IMG/VR virus record: IMGVR_UViG_3300003267_000376
Direction: 5' to 3' (one strand)
Length of the DNA: 64,000 nt
Origin: a virus
Taxonomy: Duplodnaviria > Heunggongvirae > Uroviricota > Caudoviricetes
Every line of letters begins with the position of its first letter. Position 1 is the stretch's first letter. The position numbers and the translations under genes were made by a program. Positions 36,469-45,831 of the stretch are shown here, one piece after another. The notes under the pieces were generated by a model, which saw only the letters and a list, made by a program, of their open reading frames with translations, had not been told where the DNA came from and made no database searches.

Positions 36469-36808
36469 TGTGCCATGTGTCACCCAGCTCCCATTGGTCA
36501 TAGGCAGCTTGGGTAACAGCATGCCGCTCGGTGTGGCAGTTATCGTCGGGGCAGCCGTGGACCACGATGTACCACGCATCCGGTACTGTGACCTGGTAGG
36601 CCACATCCACCTGCACGATGCGCCCACAACCGTAGTCGTAGTCGCCATCGGACCCGATGCCGAAGCCACAGCCGATCTGTGACTCACTACGGTGGCGCGT
36701 CTCGGAGTGTGATGCCACGAATTGCTTGTCCACCACGGTGCCGGTCACGATCGCTGGTGTACAGGCGGCCAGCACCACGATAACAGGCAGGATCCCTTTC
36801 ACCACCAC
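36464..36808 (-). CDS. lipoprotein
   Basis: A signal peptide with lipobox LAAC (MVVKGILPVIVVLAACTPA) is present. Confidence 0.5.
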   Translation of the reverse strand: MVVKGILPVIVVLAACTPAIVTGTVVDKQFVASHSETRHRSESQIGCGFGIGSDGDYDYGCGRIVQVDVAYQVTVPDAWYIVVHGCPDDNCHTERHAVTQAAYDQWELGDTWHK

Positions 36809-37230
36809 TTGATGACCTTATCCAATCCTGACAGCAGCAGCACGATGATGTCGTCAGTGCTGTAGCGCTCTGGCTTGTCAATCCGGATGGCACGCTCGGT
36901 CAACTGGCGTGCCACCTGGGATGGGCTCTTGCGATGGGCCACGATCAGGTACAGGACGTCGAATTCGCGTGGCGCCCGACGCCGCAGCCGGCGGAAGGCC
37001 CGGGTGGTGCGCAGCCGGTCCTCAGGGTTGCGCGGACCATTGCCAGCTTCACCCGAGTAGAGGTAGCGAGCGAACTCGGGGGCGTAATCGGGGGTGCCGT
37101 CATCGCCGAGGGCGGCGACATGGAGTTTGAGGGGCGTCTCCCCATGCCAGTCGGCTCGGAAGACTTCGATCCACAGCAGAGCCTGCTTGAGCAGGGCTGG
37201 GGGGATCTGGGATGGGGTGTCCGTTGCCAC
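36799..37230 (-). CDS. hypothetical protein
   Basis: 143-aa ORF co-oriented with the early block. Confidence 0.45.
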   Translation of the reverse strand: MATDTPSQIPPALLKQALLWIEVFRADWHGETPLKLHVAALGDDGTPDYAPEFARYLYSGEAGNGPRNPEDRLRTTRAFRRLRRRAPREFDVLYLIVAHRKSPSQVARQLTERAIRIDKPERYSTDDIIVLLLSGLDKVIKWW

Positions 37231-37274
37231 GTGCGCCTCCTATCGGAATTGGAGGCGCCACTATCGGCGATTGG

Positions 37275-37751
37275 CTACCCTGTCAAGGGCGAATTGCTCC
37301 TGTCGGACAATAGGTCTGACAGTGGTGTCAGACGTTCGGGCGCATGAGCCCCACCGATCCACTGCAGGCCGTCGTGGTGGACGGCATAAGCGTAGAGCGG
37401 CTTGTTGGCATCGACGGCTTTCTGCAAGATGTGGGCCGTGCCCCCGTCGCCGAAGGGGTCCTCGGAGGGGTCAAGGAAGACGAGCACCGCGTCAGCGTGG
37501 TCGACGAGCTCGATATCACGGATGAAGGTGCCGGTTCGGTTGCGGCCAGCCTCGGGCATCAGGTACAGCGCCAGCAGCCCGCGGAAGGTAGCCAATAGCT
37601 CAACCATGGCCTCGAATTTCTGCGGTGGTCGACTGCGGCCCTTGCGCAGCAGCAGGGTGGTGTCCTCCGGCAGGGTGGCCACCAGCTGCATCAGCGGCGA
37701 GGCAACCCAGCCCATCTCGACATGCCGGCTACCGGCTACGGCTAGGAACAT
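37275..37751 (-). CDS. hypothetical protein (possible SLOG/DUF2493-like, GSR motif)
   Basis: The N-terminus MFLAVAGSRH is Rossmann-like. The call is weak. Confidence 0.35.
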   Translation of the reverse strand: MFLAVAGSRHVEMGWVASPLMQLVATLPEDTTLLLRKGRSRPPQKFEAMVELLATFRGLLALYLMPEAGRNRTGTFIRDIELVDHADAVLVFLDPSEDPFGDGGTAHILQKAVDANKPLYAYAVHHDGLQWIGGAHAPERLTPLSDLLSDRSNSPLTG

Positions 37752-38109
37752 TCTCCACCTCGATCTGCACGAACGGCTTGGCGATGCCGGTCACCTTCAA
37801 CATATCGCAGGACAGGAAGGTGCGGTCATTGACGCCCAAGGCGATGGCGATCGCATCGTTGATGAACTTCTTGGCGTTATCGCAGTCGATGTCGCGTTTC
37901 AGGTAATAGGCATATTTGATGCGTACCTGGGGGGATGCGTGCCAGCTGCTGGGCTTGGCCTGCCGACAGGCTGACGTGACCAGCAGCTGGTAGTTCTCGA
38001 TACCGGACGCTTTACGCACGAACAGCCGACCGTCTTTGGTCCGCCCGGGGTGGTAGGCGTGATTCACGCTCGGCGGCTGGCCCTCGACGGTGAACTGGAA
38101 ATCAGCCAC
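37729..38109 (-). CDS. rusA: RusA-like Holliday junction resolvase
   Basis: PPSVNHAY and DIDCDNAKKFINDAIA match RusA catalytic motifs. Confidence 0.7.
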   Translation of the reverse strand: MADFQFTVEGQPPSVNHAYHPGRTKDGRLFVRKASGIENYQLLVTSACRQAKPSSWHASPQVRIKYAYYLKRDIDCDNAKKFINDAIAIALGVNDRTFLSCDMLKVTGIAKPFVQIEVENVPSRSR

Positions 38110-38249
38110 GCCGCTCCTCGAGATCCGCCTCGGTCAAGCAGTCGGTGTCAATGTCATGCACCACCATGCAGTCGGGGTCATGCTCGGTCGGCCGCTGGTG
38201 GAGCAACCTGCGCGTCCACACCCGCTGCCCACAGGCGAGGCAGTAGCGC

Positions 38250-38678
38250 TTACCCGTCGACATCCACCCATCGACTGCGAGCCGCGCAGCGTCGGGAGCA
38301 GAATCGACCATTTCCAGCGAGGAGCTGGCTCCAGCGAGGTCGGAATTCGGTTCCGTCGATGGGGCAGGTGACGGTGGTGGCGAGATATTCATCCAGCTCC
38401 TCAGGCGTTTTCGTAAACTTGCGACGGTTGCAGGTGTAACAACAGCGGACCAGGTTGTCTCGGGCATTGCGACCACCCCGGTTGAAGGGCACGACGTGAT
38501 CGAACGTGCCCTGGCCAGGCTCTAGCCCCACCCCACAATAGGCGCAGCGGGGATGATCACGAGCCACGATCGCCAGATCGATAGCGCTCAGCCGTCCATA
38601 GGCGCGCAGCGTCTCGGCCTTCTTGTTGATGGCCTGCGCGAGACGCTGGTAGCGACGCTGGAGCGGCGTTTGGGTCAC
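38250..38678 (-). CDS. HNH endonuclease
   Basis: The pattern CAYCG...FDHVVPFNRGG...NLVRCCYTCNRRK is an HNH signature. Confidence 0.7.
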   Translation of the reverse strand: MTQTPLQRRYQRLAQAINKKAETLRAYGRLSAIDLAIVARDHPRCAYCGVGLEPGQGTFDHVVPFNRGGRNARDNLVRCCYTCNRRKFTKTPEELDEYLATTVTCPIDGTEFRPRWSQLLAGNGRFCSRRCAARSRWVDVDG

Positions 38679-38847
38679 ACCGCCAGTTTCTCCGGCCGGA
38701 GTAGGGTTTTCAAGTGTCCGTCACACAGGTAGATCTCGACCGGCCGCGGCTTCACACTCCAGCTCTTGTGGAAGTCGTCCCGAATCAAGGTGGCGATGGC
38801 TTCCACTTTGGTGGTGCCCGGGTTGTTGCAGCCCGAGAGCGAGCAGT

Positions 38848-39729
38848 TCATGGATTGGTGACCTTCTGCAGATCGCCGACGTTGAAGATCAGCCCGTTGC
38901 TGGATGGCACCATGATCATCTGCACGTTGGGGTTCAGCTTCTGGACGGCGATGTACTGGATCAGCTCCGGCGTCAGCGACTTGGTGAGCACGTCATTGGC
39001 GTCGGCCTGGCCCTGCGCCTCGACCACGGCCTGCTCGGCTTGGATCTTCTTCTGGGCCAGCAGCTGCTGTTGGGTCTGAACCCCCTGGGCCGCAACCTGC
39101 TTGGCTTCGATCGCCTTCTCGTATTCGGGGCTGAAGGACAGGTTGGCGAGGTAGATGTCGTCGATGATGATGTGGTAGCGGGCGAGGTTGGCGTTCATCG
39201 CCTCTTTGGCCTGGGCCCGGATCTTATCGCGTTGCGGCAGGATGTCGGTAATGGCGTAGGCCGGCATCGCTTCCTTGATGAAGTCGTTCAGGGCAGGATC
39301 GATGACCTTGTCGGCGAAGTCGAGCCCCACCTGGCGGTAGACGATGTAGGCGTAGGCCGGATCGAGGTGGTAGTTCAGCTTCCCCGACGCGCGGACCTGC
39401 TGATATTCCTTGCTGGCGGCATCGATATCCTTGAAGTCGTGCGGTTGCACCCGGGTGTCGACATTAACGATGCCTTCGACGATGGGGGTGACGTATTGCA
39501 GCCCGGCGGGCAGGGTGCGTTCTTCGACGCGCCCGAAGTTGGTGATGACCCCCACGTAGCCAGCCGGGACGATGTGGAGACCGGTGCTCGCCACGCCAAC
39601 GAGGAAGAAGACGAAGGCGCCGAGCGCGGTCACCAGCCCGAGCTTGAGTGACGGCGCGCTGAACGATAAGTAGACCAAGAAGCCAGCGGCGCCCCACAGG
39701 AGCAAGAGCAAGACGGCGGTCAGGATCAT
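38848..39729 (-). CDS. SPFH/band-7 (prohibitin/HflC-like) membrane protein
   Basis: An N-terminal TM helix is followed by GYVGVITNFGRVEERTLPAGLQYVTPIVEGIVNVDTRVQ and then a coiled coil. Confidence 0.8.
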   Translation of the reverse strand: MILTAVLLLLLWGAAGFLVYLSFSAPSLKLGLVTALGAFVFFLVGVASTGLHIVPAGYVGVITNFGRVEERTLPAGLQYVTPIVEGIVNVDTRVQPHDFKDIDAASKEYQQVRASGKLNYHLDPAYAYIVYRQVGLDFADKVIDPALNDFIKEAMPAYAITDILPQRDKIRAQAKEAMNANLARYHIIIDDIYLANLSFSPEYEKAIEAKQVAAQGVQTQQQLLAQKKIQAEQAVVEAQGQADANDVLTKSLTPELIQYIAVQKLNPNVQMIMVPSSNGLIFNVGDLQKVTNP

Positions 39730-40013
39730 AGTTCTACCTCTCTCGCAGTTCGATAACGGAGTTCATAGCCATCATGAGAATCCTGGACATCGTAGATGTA
39801 TTTGCTGGCGATGGCCGGGCATAGCGCGCCATATACTCGCACCTCCACCGGGCGACCGGTTTTGCGGGAAAAGAGCCCTTTGGTGGTCACCAGATAGCCA
39901 TTGATCAGTGGTCGACCGCAGTAGCGACAGAATCCCAGATCGGCAGGCTGGTTGGGAACTTCGACGGGGGCGCCTGCTGGATTTGACGGCGTTCGCCGCC
40001 ACCACCTACTCAT
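39726..40013 (-). CDS. small hypothetical protein (Cys-containing)
   Basis: 95-aa ORF with an ATGA-type overlap with its neighbours. Confidence 0.35.
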   Translation of the reverse strand: MSRWWRRTPSNPAGAPVEVPNQPADLGFCRYCGRPLINGYLVTTKGLFSRKTGRPVEVRVYGALCPAIASKYIYDVQDSHDGYELRYRTAREVEL

Positions 40014-40536
40014 TGATCCACTCGAGGTACATCCTCAGCTTCTCCCGGTTCACTTTGCTCGTCGCCCACACGCTCCCCGCCTTCATCCCCCGATGGTGGA
40101 AGTCGCACAGCGTCACTAGGTGGTAGCGGTCGGAGGGGGCGCGCTTGCCGATGCGAAGCTGGGACTTGACGTGATCCAGTTCTAAGCGCTGCGAGCAGGT
40201 CCCCAATTGACTCAAATCCACTACTGGCGCTACGCACTGGAAGCTGTCCCGAATCAAGATCTGGGTGTGGAGCGTGGCGGAGACGGGATCCTTCTTCGGC
40301 ACGGCGGGCTCCGGTATCACGCGCGACCACCCGGAAATAACCGCCTGGACGGCTTGGGTGAGCGGCGAGGGTGGTGATGACGGCATCGGTGAAGGCGCGA
40401 ATGCACTCCAGTGATCGGTAGGGACAGTCGTCCGACCCATAGGGGTTGACGCGGCGACAGTGCTGCGTCCGCCATTGATGACGGAAATCCCCAAACGGGA
40501 GGCGCGTGCTCGGGCCGAATTCGTGTTGCCAGGCAT
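40006..40536 (-). CDS. HNH endonuclease (C-terminal frame), possibly frameshifted with 40010..40609
   Basis: The C-terminus has LELDHVKSQLRIGKRAPSDRYHLVTLCDFHH. An N-terminal-like Cys-rich segment lies in another frame upstream. Confidence 0.45.
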   Translation of the reverse strand: MPGNTNSARARASRLGISVINGGRSTVAASTPMGRTTVPTDHWSAFAPSPMPSSPPSPLTQAVQAVISGWSRVIPEPAVPKKDPVSATLHTQILIRDSFQCVAPVVDLSQLGTCSQRLELDHVKSQLRIGKRAPSDRYHLVTLCDFHHRGMKAGSVWATSKVNREKLRMYLEWINE

Positions 40537-40614
40537 CCTGCAGAGCGGGATCGATCTCCTGCCATACGGTGCTGTTGGTGAATATACATGGCCATTTGGT
40601 CTTCGGCATAGGAA

Positions 40615-41262
40615 TTACAACTGCTGTCCGATAAAACGAGTGTAGGCCGGGGGAATGGCCTCGGCCATCTCTTTGGCGGTCATCCAGGGCGTCTCCATTG
40701 CCATGCGCCAGTCATCGGTCGAGCCGAAGCGGATGCCATCGCGTTTGGACGAGCCACCGGGGTGTCCATAGACGCCGATGATGCGCGTTTGCTGCTCATG
40801 GCGACAGAGCGGCTGGACGAGGTGGACATTCGATTCGAACAGGCGGTGGCGACGTAAGGGGAGGTCGAACATCGAGCCACACAGCCGGATCGGGTTCTGG
40901 AGTGGCGCGCCGACGACGTTCTCGATGACCCAGGGGGTCCCGATCGGATCGAGCCCACGTAACCAGTAGCGCACCGCCTCGATGTAGTCGGGGTGCTCGG
41001 CTTGACGGTTCCAGCGCTTGGTCATCGTGCTCCAGCGCTGACAGGGGGGTGAGGCATGAATCGCATCGAACTCGCGCCCGTAATCGACGAGATACGCCAG
41101 CGCATCATCCTGCACGAAGGTGAAGGGGTAGTGCGGCTGGGGGACGATGTCGACCCCAACCACCTCGAAGCCGGCATCGGCGTAGCCCTTGGCGGCTCCA
41201 CCGGCACCACAGAACAGATCGAGCAGCTTAGGAGAACTCACGCCGATCTCCGTATTCAGCAT
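40615..41262 (-). CDS. DNA (cytosine-5)-methyltransferase, compact form
   Basis: Motif I is DLFCGAGG, motif IV is SPPCQ and motif VI is ENVVG. Confidence 0.75.
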   Translation of the reverse strand: MLNTEIGVSSPKLLDLFCGAGGAAKGYADAGFEVVGVDIVPQPHYPFTFVQDDALAYLVDYGREFDAIHASPPCQRWSTMTKRWNRQAEHPDYIEAVRYWLRGLDPIGTPWVIENVVGAPLQNPIRLCGSMFDLPLRRHRLFESNVHLVQPLCRHEQQTRIIGVYGHPGGSSKRDGIRFGSTDDWRMAMETPWMTAKEMAEAIPPAYTRFIGQQL

Positions 41263-41554
41263 GCAGTTGTTTGACGATGGCCATCAACCCATCGAGCAGG
41301 CGATCGCATTCAATGTAGATCGCATCGTGATCTGCGACGTCGACCGTGACACCAAACCACTGATCGACGGCGACGCCACTGATCTCGGCCCGGTAGTTGA
41401 ATTCGAGGTCGATCACGAGGTCCTCGATACTGGGCAACGCGTACTGGTACTGGGGGTCACGAAGGTGGCGATACCACTGCCGATACTCACGCTCGGTAAT
41501 CGCGTCTTCGTCACCGCAGGCACAGATCATGTTGGGGGTCGGTCGGACTGTCAT
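41228..41554 (-). CDS. hypothetical protein
   Basis: 108-aa acidic ORF. Confidence 0.45.
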   Translation of the reverse strand: MTVRPTPNMICACGDEDAITEREYRQWYRHLRDPQYQYALPSIEDLVIDLEFNYRAEISGVAVDQWFGVTVDVADHDAIYIECDRLLDGLMAIVKQLHAEYGDRREFS

Positions 41555-41792
41555 ACGTAAATCAAGCCAGAGGCAGAGGAGGTTGGTGGGCAGATTCGCC
41601 CCTACTCACAGGACGAATCAAGCCATCGGCGTCGGAACGTCGTCTGGTCATGATCGGTGGCTCAAACGTGCCCAGGTCTGCTGTTACCACATCGCCACCG
41701 GCCCACAACAGGACGGGTTTCTCAAGGTCTGGGGGTTTCGCGGGCAGCGCCCACCCACCGTCTCGGGCCCCTTGCTCGGAGTGGTCCCTGGG

Positions 41793-41840
41793 CAAAAAGA
41801 AACGACTGGAACGTAGTCTCTGAGAAGAACCTACGTCCAG
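41793..41840 (-). terminator. rho-independent terminator (stem CTGGAACGTAG/CTACGTCCAG followed by T-tract on minus strand)
   Basis: On the plus strand, an A-tract caaaaagaaa lies immediately 5' of the hairpin, which gives a U-tract on the minus transcript. Confidence 0.5.
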
Positions 41841-41967
41841 CCGTTCCTGGCACTTCCGCTCAAGTGGGTGGCACCTGGACATGAAGAGCTGGCCACAGCA
41901 TAGCTTCGTAGGAAGGCCATGTCCAGCATCTTCATCTCCATACGGCCACCCAATCGAGGCGTGCATG

Positions 41968-42210
41968 CTACTCCTCGTCGTCCAGCGGGCGCAAGCCTTT
42001 TTCGCCAAGCAGGTCGCGCCAGCTGAATTCGCGCTCCACCCAGTGTTGGCAGTGGTGACAGAGCTCGAAGGTGCGCATGGCCCCGGCTTTCCAGGCGCGG
42101 CGCTGGTAGATCGGGTCACGACGCTGATGATCCTTGCCCAGCTTGCAGTCAAGGATCCAGTTCTCGTTGAGGATGCTGACATGCGGCATCCGGCGCGGCT
42201 CATTCAGCAT
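41968..42210 (-). CDS. hypothetical protein
   Basis: This is the C-terminal plausible part of a longer track ORF. The start is uncertain. Confidence 0.3.
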   Translation of the reverse strand: MLNEPRRMPHVSILNENWILDCKLGKDHQRRDPIYQRRAWKAGAMRTFELCHHCQHWVEREFSWRDLLGEKGLRPLDDEE

Positions 42211-42290
42211 GTGGCACCCGGCTAATGACCCAGCCCAGCTGGGCGAGGCGTAAGACGAATTCGTCGGGTTGGGGCACGACCTGGCCCTCG

Positions 42291-42530
42291 TTACTGGTCC
42301 GATACAGGGCGATCGCCACCGCGTCCACCGCCCGCAGCGTCTCGGGGTCCAATTGGTCGATATTTCCCAGTCCCGGTACTTTCGACGAGCCCTCGACCAC
42401 CGCACGCGTAGCATTTCTCCGTTTTACGGAGAGTCCAGCCTTTGCCGCGGCAGAAGGGGCAGATGCGGTGCCGACCAAGTTCGAGTCTCTCCAGAGGGCC
42501 TTGCGGCTCATTGGCGTTGTCCCAATTCAC
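42291..42530 (-). CDS. zinc-ribbon protein
   Basis: ICPFCRGKG...CYACGGRG are paired CxxC motifs. The ORF overlaps an alternative frame ORF at 42200..42511. Confidence 0.35.
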   Translation of the reverse strand: MNWDNANEPQGPLERLELGRHRICPFCRGKGWTLRKTEKCYACGGRGLVESTGTGKYRPIGPRDAAGGGRGGDRPVSDQ

Positions 42531-42786
42531 TCAACTGGACCTCCGACCAGCCCATTTCTTCTCGGGTGCGCTCCAATTCGCGCAGCACGCGCCGCAGGCG
42601 GCGCATGTACAGATTGTAGAAGTGCGCCATCTCGGTTTGGCCCCGAATGGCCCATTCAGAGCGAATTCGATCGGCCGCGGCGAGTTCGTGGTCGACCAAC
42701 AGCATCAATTCGCTGCTGGTGGTGTCATCGACCCGAATACGACCGAACGGTGCCTTAATCGCCGTTGTCGAAGGGGACGTTGTCAT
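42508..42786 (-). CDS. hypothetical protein
   Basis: 92-aa helical ORF. Confidence 0.4.
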   Translation of the reverse strand: MTTSPSTTAIKAPFGRIRVDDTTSSELMLLVDHELAAADRIRSEWAIRGQTEMAHFYNLYMRRLRRVLRELERTREEMGWSEVQLSELGQRQ

Positions 42787-43609
42787 TGGCTGACTCCTCT
42801 GGGAACAATTGGGTCGGTTCCATCCCCACCGATGCCCGCTGCATCTCCAAAATGGCCCGGGTGAGGGCGGTAACCCGCTCAGCCGGTCCCCCGGTGAGGT
42901 AAGCCTGCAAATTCATGCCGGCGGTGGCCACATCACTGACATCGACGCTGTCACCGTTGATGGTTTCGATCAGCGCGGCCAATCCGACGACGGACAGACC
43001 TGCCGCTCGCGCCTGTTCGCGCAATTGGTCGATCTGGATCTTATTGGGGTACGTATTGCGTCCCCCGCGACCCGCGCCGGGCACATTAGAGGCCGAAATC
43101 ACGACCTGGGTGGCATCATTCTCCGGATAGGCCTGCGCGCGGCGCGCATCCCCGACCTCATCGGCCTCAGCGTCCTCGCCACCCTCGGAAATCATGAAGA
43201 CCTGGCGCAGGGCGTACTTGAGGGCTCCGGTCATGGCCTTGTAGGCCGCCTTATCACCGGCATCGGCCCCATGGCCGCTGGTGACGACCGAAATCTGCTG
43301 CTGGGACTCGATATCGACGAAGGTGAACTCCACCTTGAGGCGGCACAGCAGTTCGGTGGCGCCCTTGGCGGTGGTTCGGTCGCTGACGTGCTCTTCCAGC
43401 ACATTGGGGATGATCGCCACCCCGTGCTTGGTCAGCAGCGGCCGTACCGCATTGATGATGTCCTCTTCCTTGAGGTACTTGTAGCGGTGGAAGCTGTTCC
43501 AGCCGGTCTTTTCGATCGGACCGACCTCATCCATGATGGCGACTAGCTTGGCCGCCAACGAAGTCGCCTTGGGCGGCGCTGCGGTGGCCATTAGCGCTCT
43601 TCCAGCCAC
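42755..43609 (-). CDS. erf: ERF-family single-strand annealing protein
   Basis: KLVAIMDEVGPIEKTGWNSFHRYKYLKEEDIINAVRPLLTKHGVAI matches the ERF core. Confidence 0.7.
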   Translation of the reverse strand: MAGRALMATAAPPKATSLAAKLVAIMDEVGPIEKTGWNSFHRYKYLKEEDIINAVRPLLTKHGVAIIPNVLEEHVSDRTTAKGATELLCRLKVEFTFVDIESQQQISVVTSGHGADAGDKAAYKAMTGALKYALRQVFMISEGGEDAEADEVGDARRAQAYPENDATQVVISASNVPGAGRGGRNTYPNKIQIDQLREQARAAGLSVVGLAALIETINGDSVDVSDVATAGMNLQAYLTGGPAERVTALTRAILEMQRASVGMEPTQLFPEESANDNVPFDNGD

Positions 43610-43869
43610 AGCACGAGCCCGTGCTCGCCGTCCTCGTCGTAGGAATGGGTGCGGACCAGCTTGCCCTCGTTATAGGCTCGCGCGCGACAGGCCGCTACGG
43701 CCCGCTCGGCAAATTCGGCCTGTACGAAGACCGTCTTGCCCTGCTCGAGGGTGGCATACAGCTCGCCCCAGCGCCGCATGCGGGCTCCGCGACGCGCTGA
43801 GTCCTCGGTCACCTTCCACATTGGGGTACTAGTGGTCATGGTTCCTCTCAGGTTAGGTTTGTCTGACAT
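43591..43869 (-). CDS. hypothetical protein
   Basis: 92-aa ORF. Confidence 0.45.
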   Translation of the reverse strand: MSDKPNLRGTMTTSTPMWKVTEDSARRGARMRRWGELYATLEQGKTVFVQAEFAERAVAACRARAYNEGKLVRTHSYDEDGEHGLVLWLEER

Positions 43870-44636
43870 TATAGCACATCAGTCCGGCCCAGTTGGTACG
43901 CTGGACACAGGTTCTTGTACCCACACCAGCTGCACGCACCATTCACCAAGCCATTGGGTGCGAAATTGCCGGCTTGGATGGTTTCAGCCACTTCAGTAAC
44001 CACCGAGGCGAAGTTCACCACCGCCTTGCCATCCACTGGACCGCCGGAGGCGATCGGAATGTACTGCGGCACCTTGGTGCGAACGAGGTAATCGAGGACG
44101 ACCTCGGATTCGGTCTCGCCGGTGCGCTGGCGATAGGCCAAGGCGTAGCCGATCATGTTCAACAGGTAGTTCTGGCCGCTCGGCCGACGCGTCGTCGTCT
44201 TCCAATCGCGCACCCGGTGGTGGTCATCGACGACATCGATCATGCCGCTGTATGGGATACCATTGACCGCGAATTGGACCGGCTCTTCCACCCAGATCGG
44301 CTGGATCCGGGGGGCCACCTCGGAGTGATGCTTGTGAATGAGCGCGATCCCGGAGTCCTTGGCCCGACCGATGTCTTCTTCTGGAGTCTCGACGTCACCG
44401 ACGAGGCGATCATACTCACCAGCAAAGACATCTTCGACCGCCTCGGTCGGCAGATCGAGATACGAGTCGAGCTTTTGGAGCATGTTGGCCTCAATGGCAC
44501 TGTGGGCCGCCACGCCGAGCACCTGGCGGACACTGGGCGGGCTCTTGATCTCCGCCACGTAGGCGTAGTACCACTGTCGCCCGCAGCGCAGGAAGGTGGT
44601 GACGCTACTGGCGGACAGAACGAGCGGGACGGTCAC
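43869..44636 (-). CDS. Cas4/RecB-family PD-(D/E)xK exonuclease
   Basis: An N-terminal Cys is followed by VRDWKTT, a QNYLLNMIGYALAY motif and a C-terminal CSWCGYKNLCP Fe-S Cys triad. Confidence 0.75.
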   Translation of the reverse strand: MTVPLVLSASSVTTFLRCGRQWYYAYVAEIKSPPSVRQVLGVAAHSAIEANMLQKLDSYLDLPTEAVEDVFAGEYDRLVGDVETPEEDIGRAKDSGIALIHKHHSEVAPRIQPIWVEEPVQFAVNGIPYSGMIDVVDDHHRVRDWKTTTRRPSGQNYLLNMIGYALAYRQRTGETESEVVLDYLVRTKVPQYIPIASGGPVDGKAVVNFASVVTEVAETIQAGNFAPNGLVNGACSWCGYKNLCPAYQLGRTDVL

Positions 44637-45032
44637 CTAGAACCCTAGTTCGGGATCGTAGTCCTGCTCATTGGTGAACACTTCCTGCTGCACCGCCTGA
44701 CGGCGCCCATCGCCGCCGCCGCTGCGCTGGCCTTCGGCGAAGTTGACCTTGTCGGCCACGATCTTGGTCGTCTTGCGCGGATTGCCGTCCTTGTCCTGCC
44801 ACTTGTCGGTCTTGAGGCGCCCGGTCACTTCGACGAGGCGCCCCTTCTTGACGTGGGTGGTCACGAACTCGGCGGTCCGCTCCCAGGCTTCACAGTTGTG
44901 GTACTCACTGGTCATCTGCCCCCCGGACCATTCATTGGTGGCCACGCTAAAGCTGGCCACCGCCTTACCCGAATTGGTGCGCCGCAACTGCGGGTCATCG
45001 GTCAAGCGACCGACGAGATGGACGACGTTCAT
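44637..45032 (-). CDS. ssb: single-stranded DNA-binding protein
   Basis: MNVVHLVGRLTDDPQLRRTNSGKAVASFSVA is an OB fold. The acidic tail ends DYDPELGF. Confidence 0.8.
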   Translation of the reverse strand: MNVVHLVGRLTDDPQLRRTNSGKAVASFSVATNEWSGGQMTSEYHNCEAWERTAEFVTTHVKKGRLVEVTGRLKTDKWQDKDGNPRKTTKIVADKVNFAEGQRSGGGDGRRQAVQQEVFTNEQDYDPELGF

Positions 45033-45295
45033 ACCGTCGCTGCCTCCTGTTCCTGCTCGAGTGCGATCGCCTGCTCGCAACGATCACATGGATGGACGAG
45101 TGGGAACTCGTGGGTGGGGTTCAGATCGACCGACACGATATAGCCGCAGCGGGTCTGGACCAAGAGCTCGCCGGGTGCGGCGCGGCGCGTGTTGGTGGCG
45201 GCAATTTCGGCCACCACTGCGTGCTTGATGTAGCGGCCGCCGAAGCGCCGATTCCACTTCAGTCGGTCATGGACCCCCCATTGATAGTTACGCAT
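45029..45295 (-). CDS. hypothetical protein
   Basis: 88-aa ORF. Confidence 0.4.
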   Translation of the reverse strand: MRNYQWGVHDRLKWNRRFGGRYIKHAVVAEIAATNTRRAAPGELLVQTRCGYIVSVDLNPTHEFPLVHPCDRCEQAIALEQEQEAATV

Positions 45296-45479
45296 TGGTC
45301 TTCATGCGCTCCTGCGCCTTCTTCAGATGCTGCGCGCAGTACGGCTTGTGATCGACGAAGCCGACGCTCTGCCGCGAGCAGAATGGGGAGTTATGCATGT
45401 AGGCGTTGCTGCTCCCCACATACCAGGCGCACGGGTTGGACCGCTTGCCATAGGGACTGTTCATACGGACGTGCCTCAA
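45288..45479 (-). CDS. small Cys-rich protein
   Basis: 63 aa. Confidence 0.35.
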   Translation of the reverse strand: MRHVRMNSPYGKRSNPCAWYVGSSNAYMHNSPFCSRQSVGFVDHKPYCAQHLKKAQERMKTNA

Positions 45480-45802
45480 TTGGAGTTGGACTCGGCGGAA
45501 TTCCAGACGAGTTCGTCGAATTCCGCCAGAAAATTTTGCGACGAGACGAGGGTGGCTTGCAACGAACTGGCACTGGCACTGGCATCCCGCACAAAGTCGG
45601 CGAGGAACGCGCGGCGTCCCTTCCCGAGGTTGTGCTGGACGTAGTGACTCGCCGCGCCCTGGGGGTTGGCGAGAACGAGCGCCACGAGGCGCTTCTTCGC
45701 GTGGGCCACCACCAGTGGCCGGTCATCCTCGAGGATCAGGTCGATTACGGCCCGAAGCTGGATGAGGAGGTTGCGTTGACTAAGGTCTTCCTTACGTCGC
45801 AT
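45476..45802 (-). CDS. hypothetical protein
   Basis: 108 aa. Confidence 0.4.
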   Translation of the reverse strand: MRRKEDLSQRNLLIQLRAVIDLILEDDRPLVVAHAKKRLVALVLANPQGAASHYVQHNLGKGRRAFLADFVRDASASASSLQATLVSSQNFLAEFDELVWNSAESNSN

Positions 45803-45831
45803 GAGGGAAGTATAGCATACTTGTCTGACAC

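Noticed and set aside
41562-42203. 213-aa minus-strand ORF
   Set aside because: It is Arg/Ser-rich and overlaps a terminator-containing intergenic region. Only the short C-terminal ORF 41968..42210 was kept, at low confidence.
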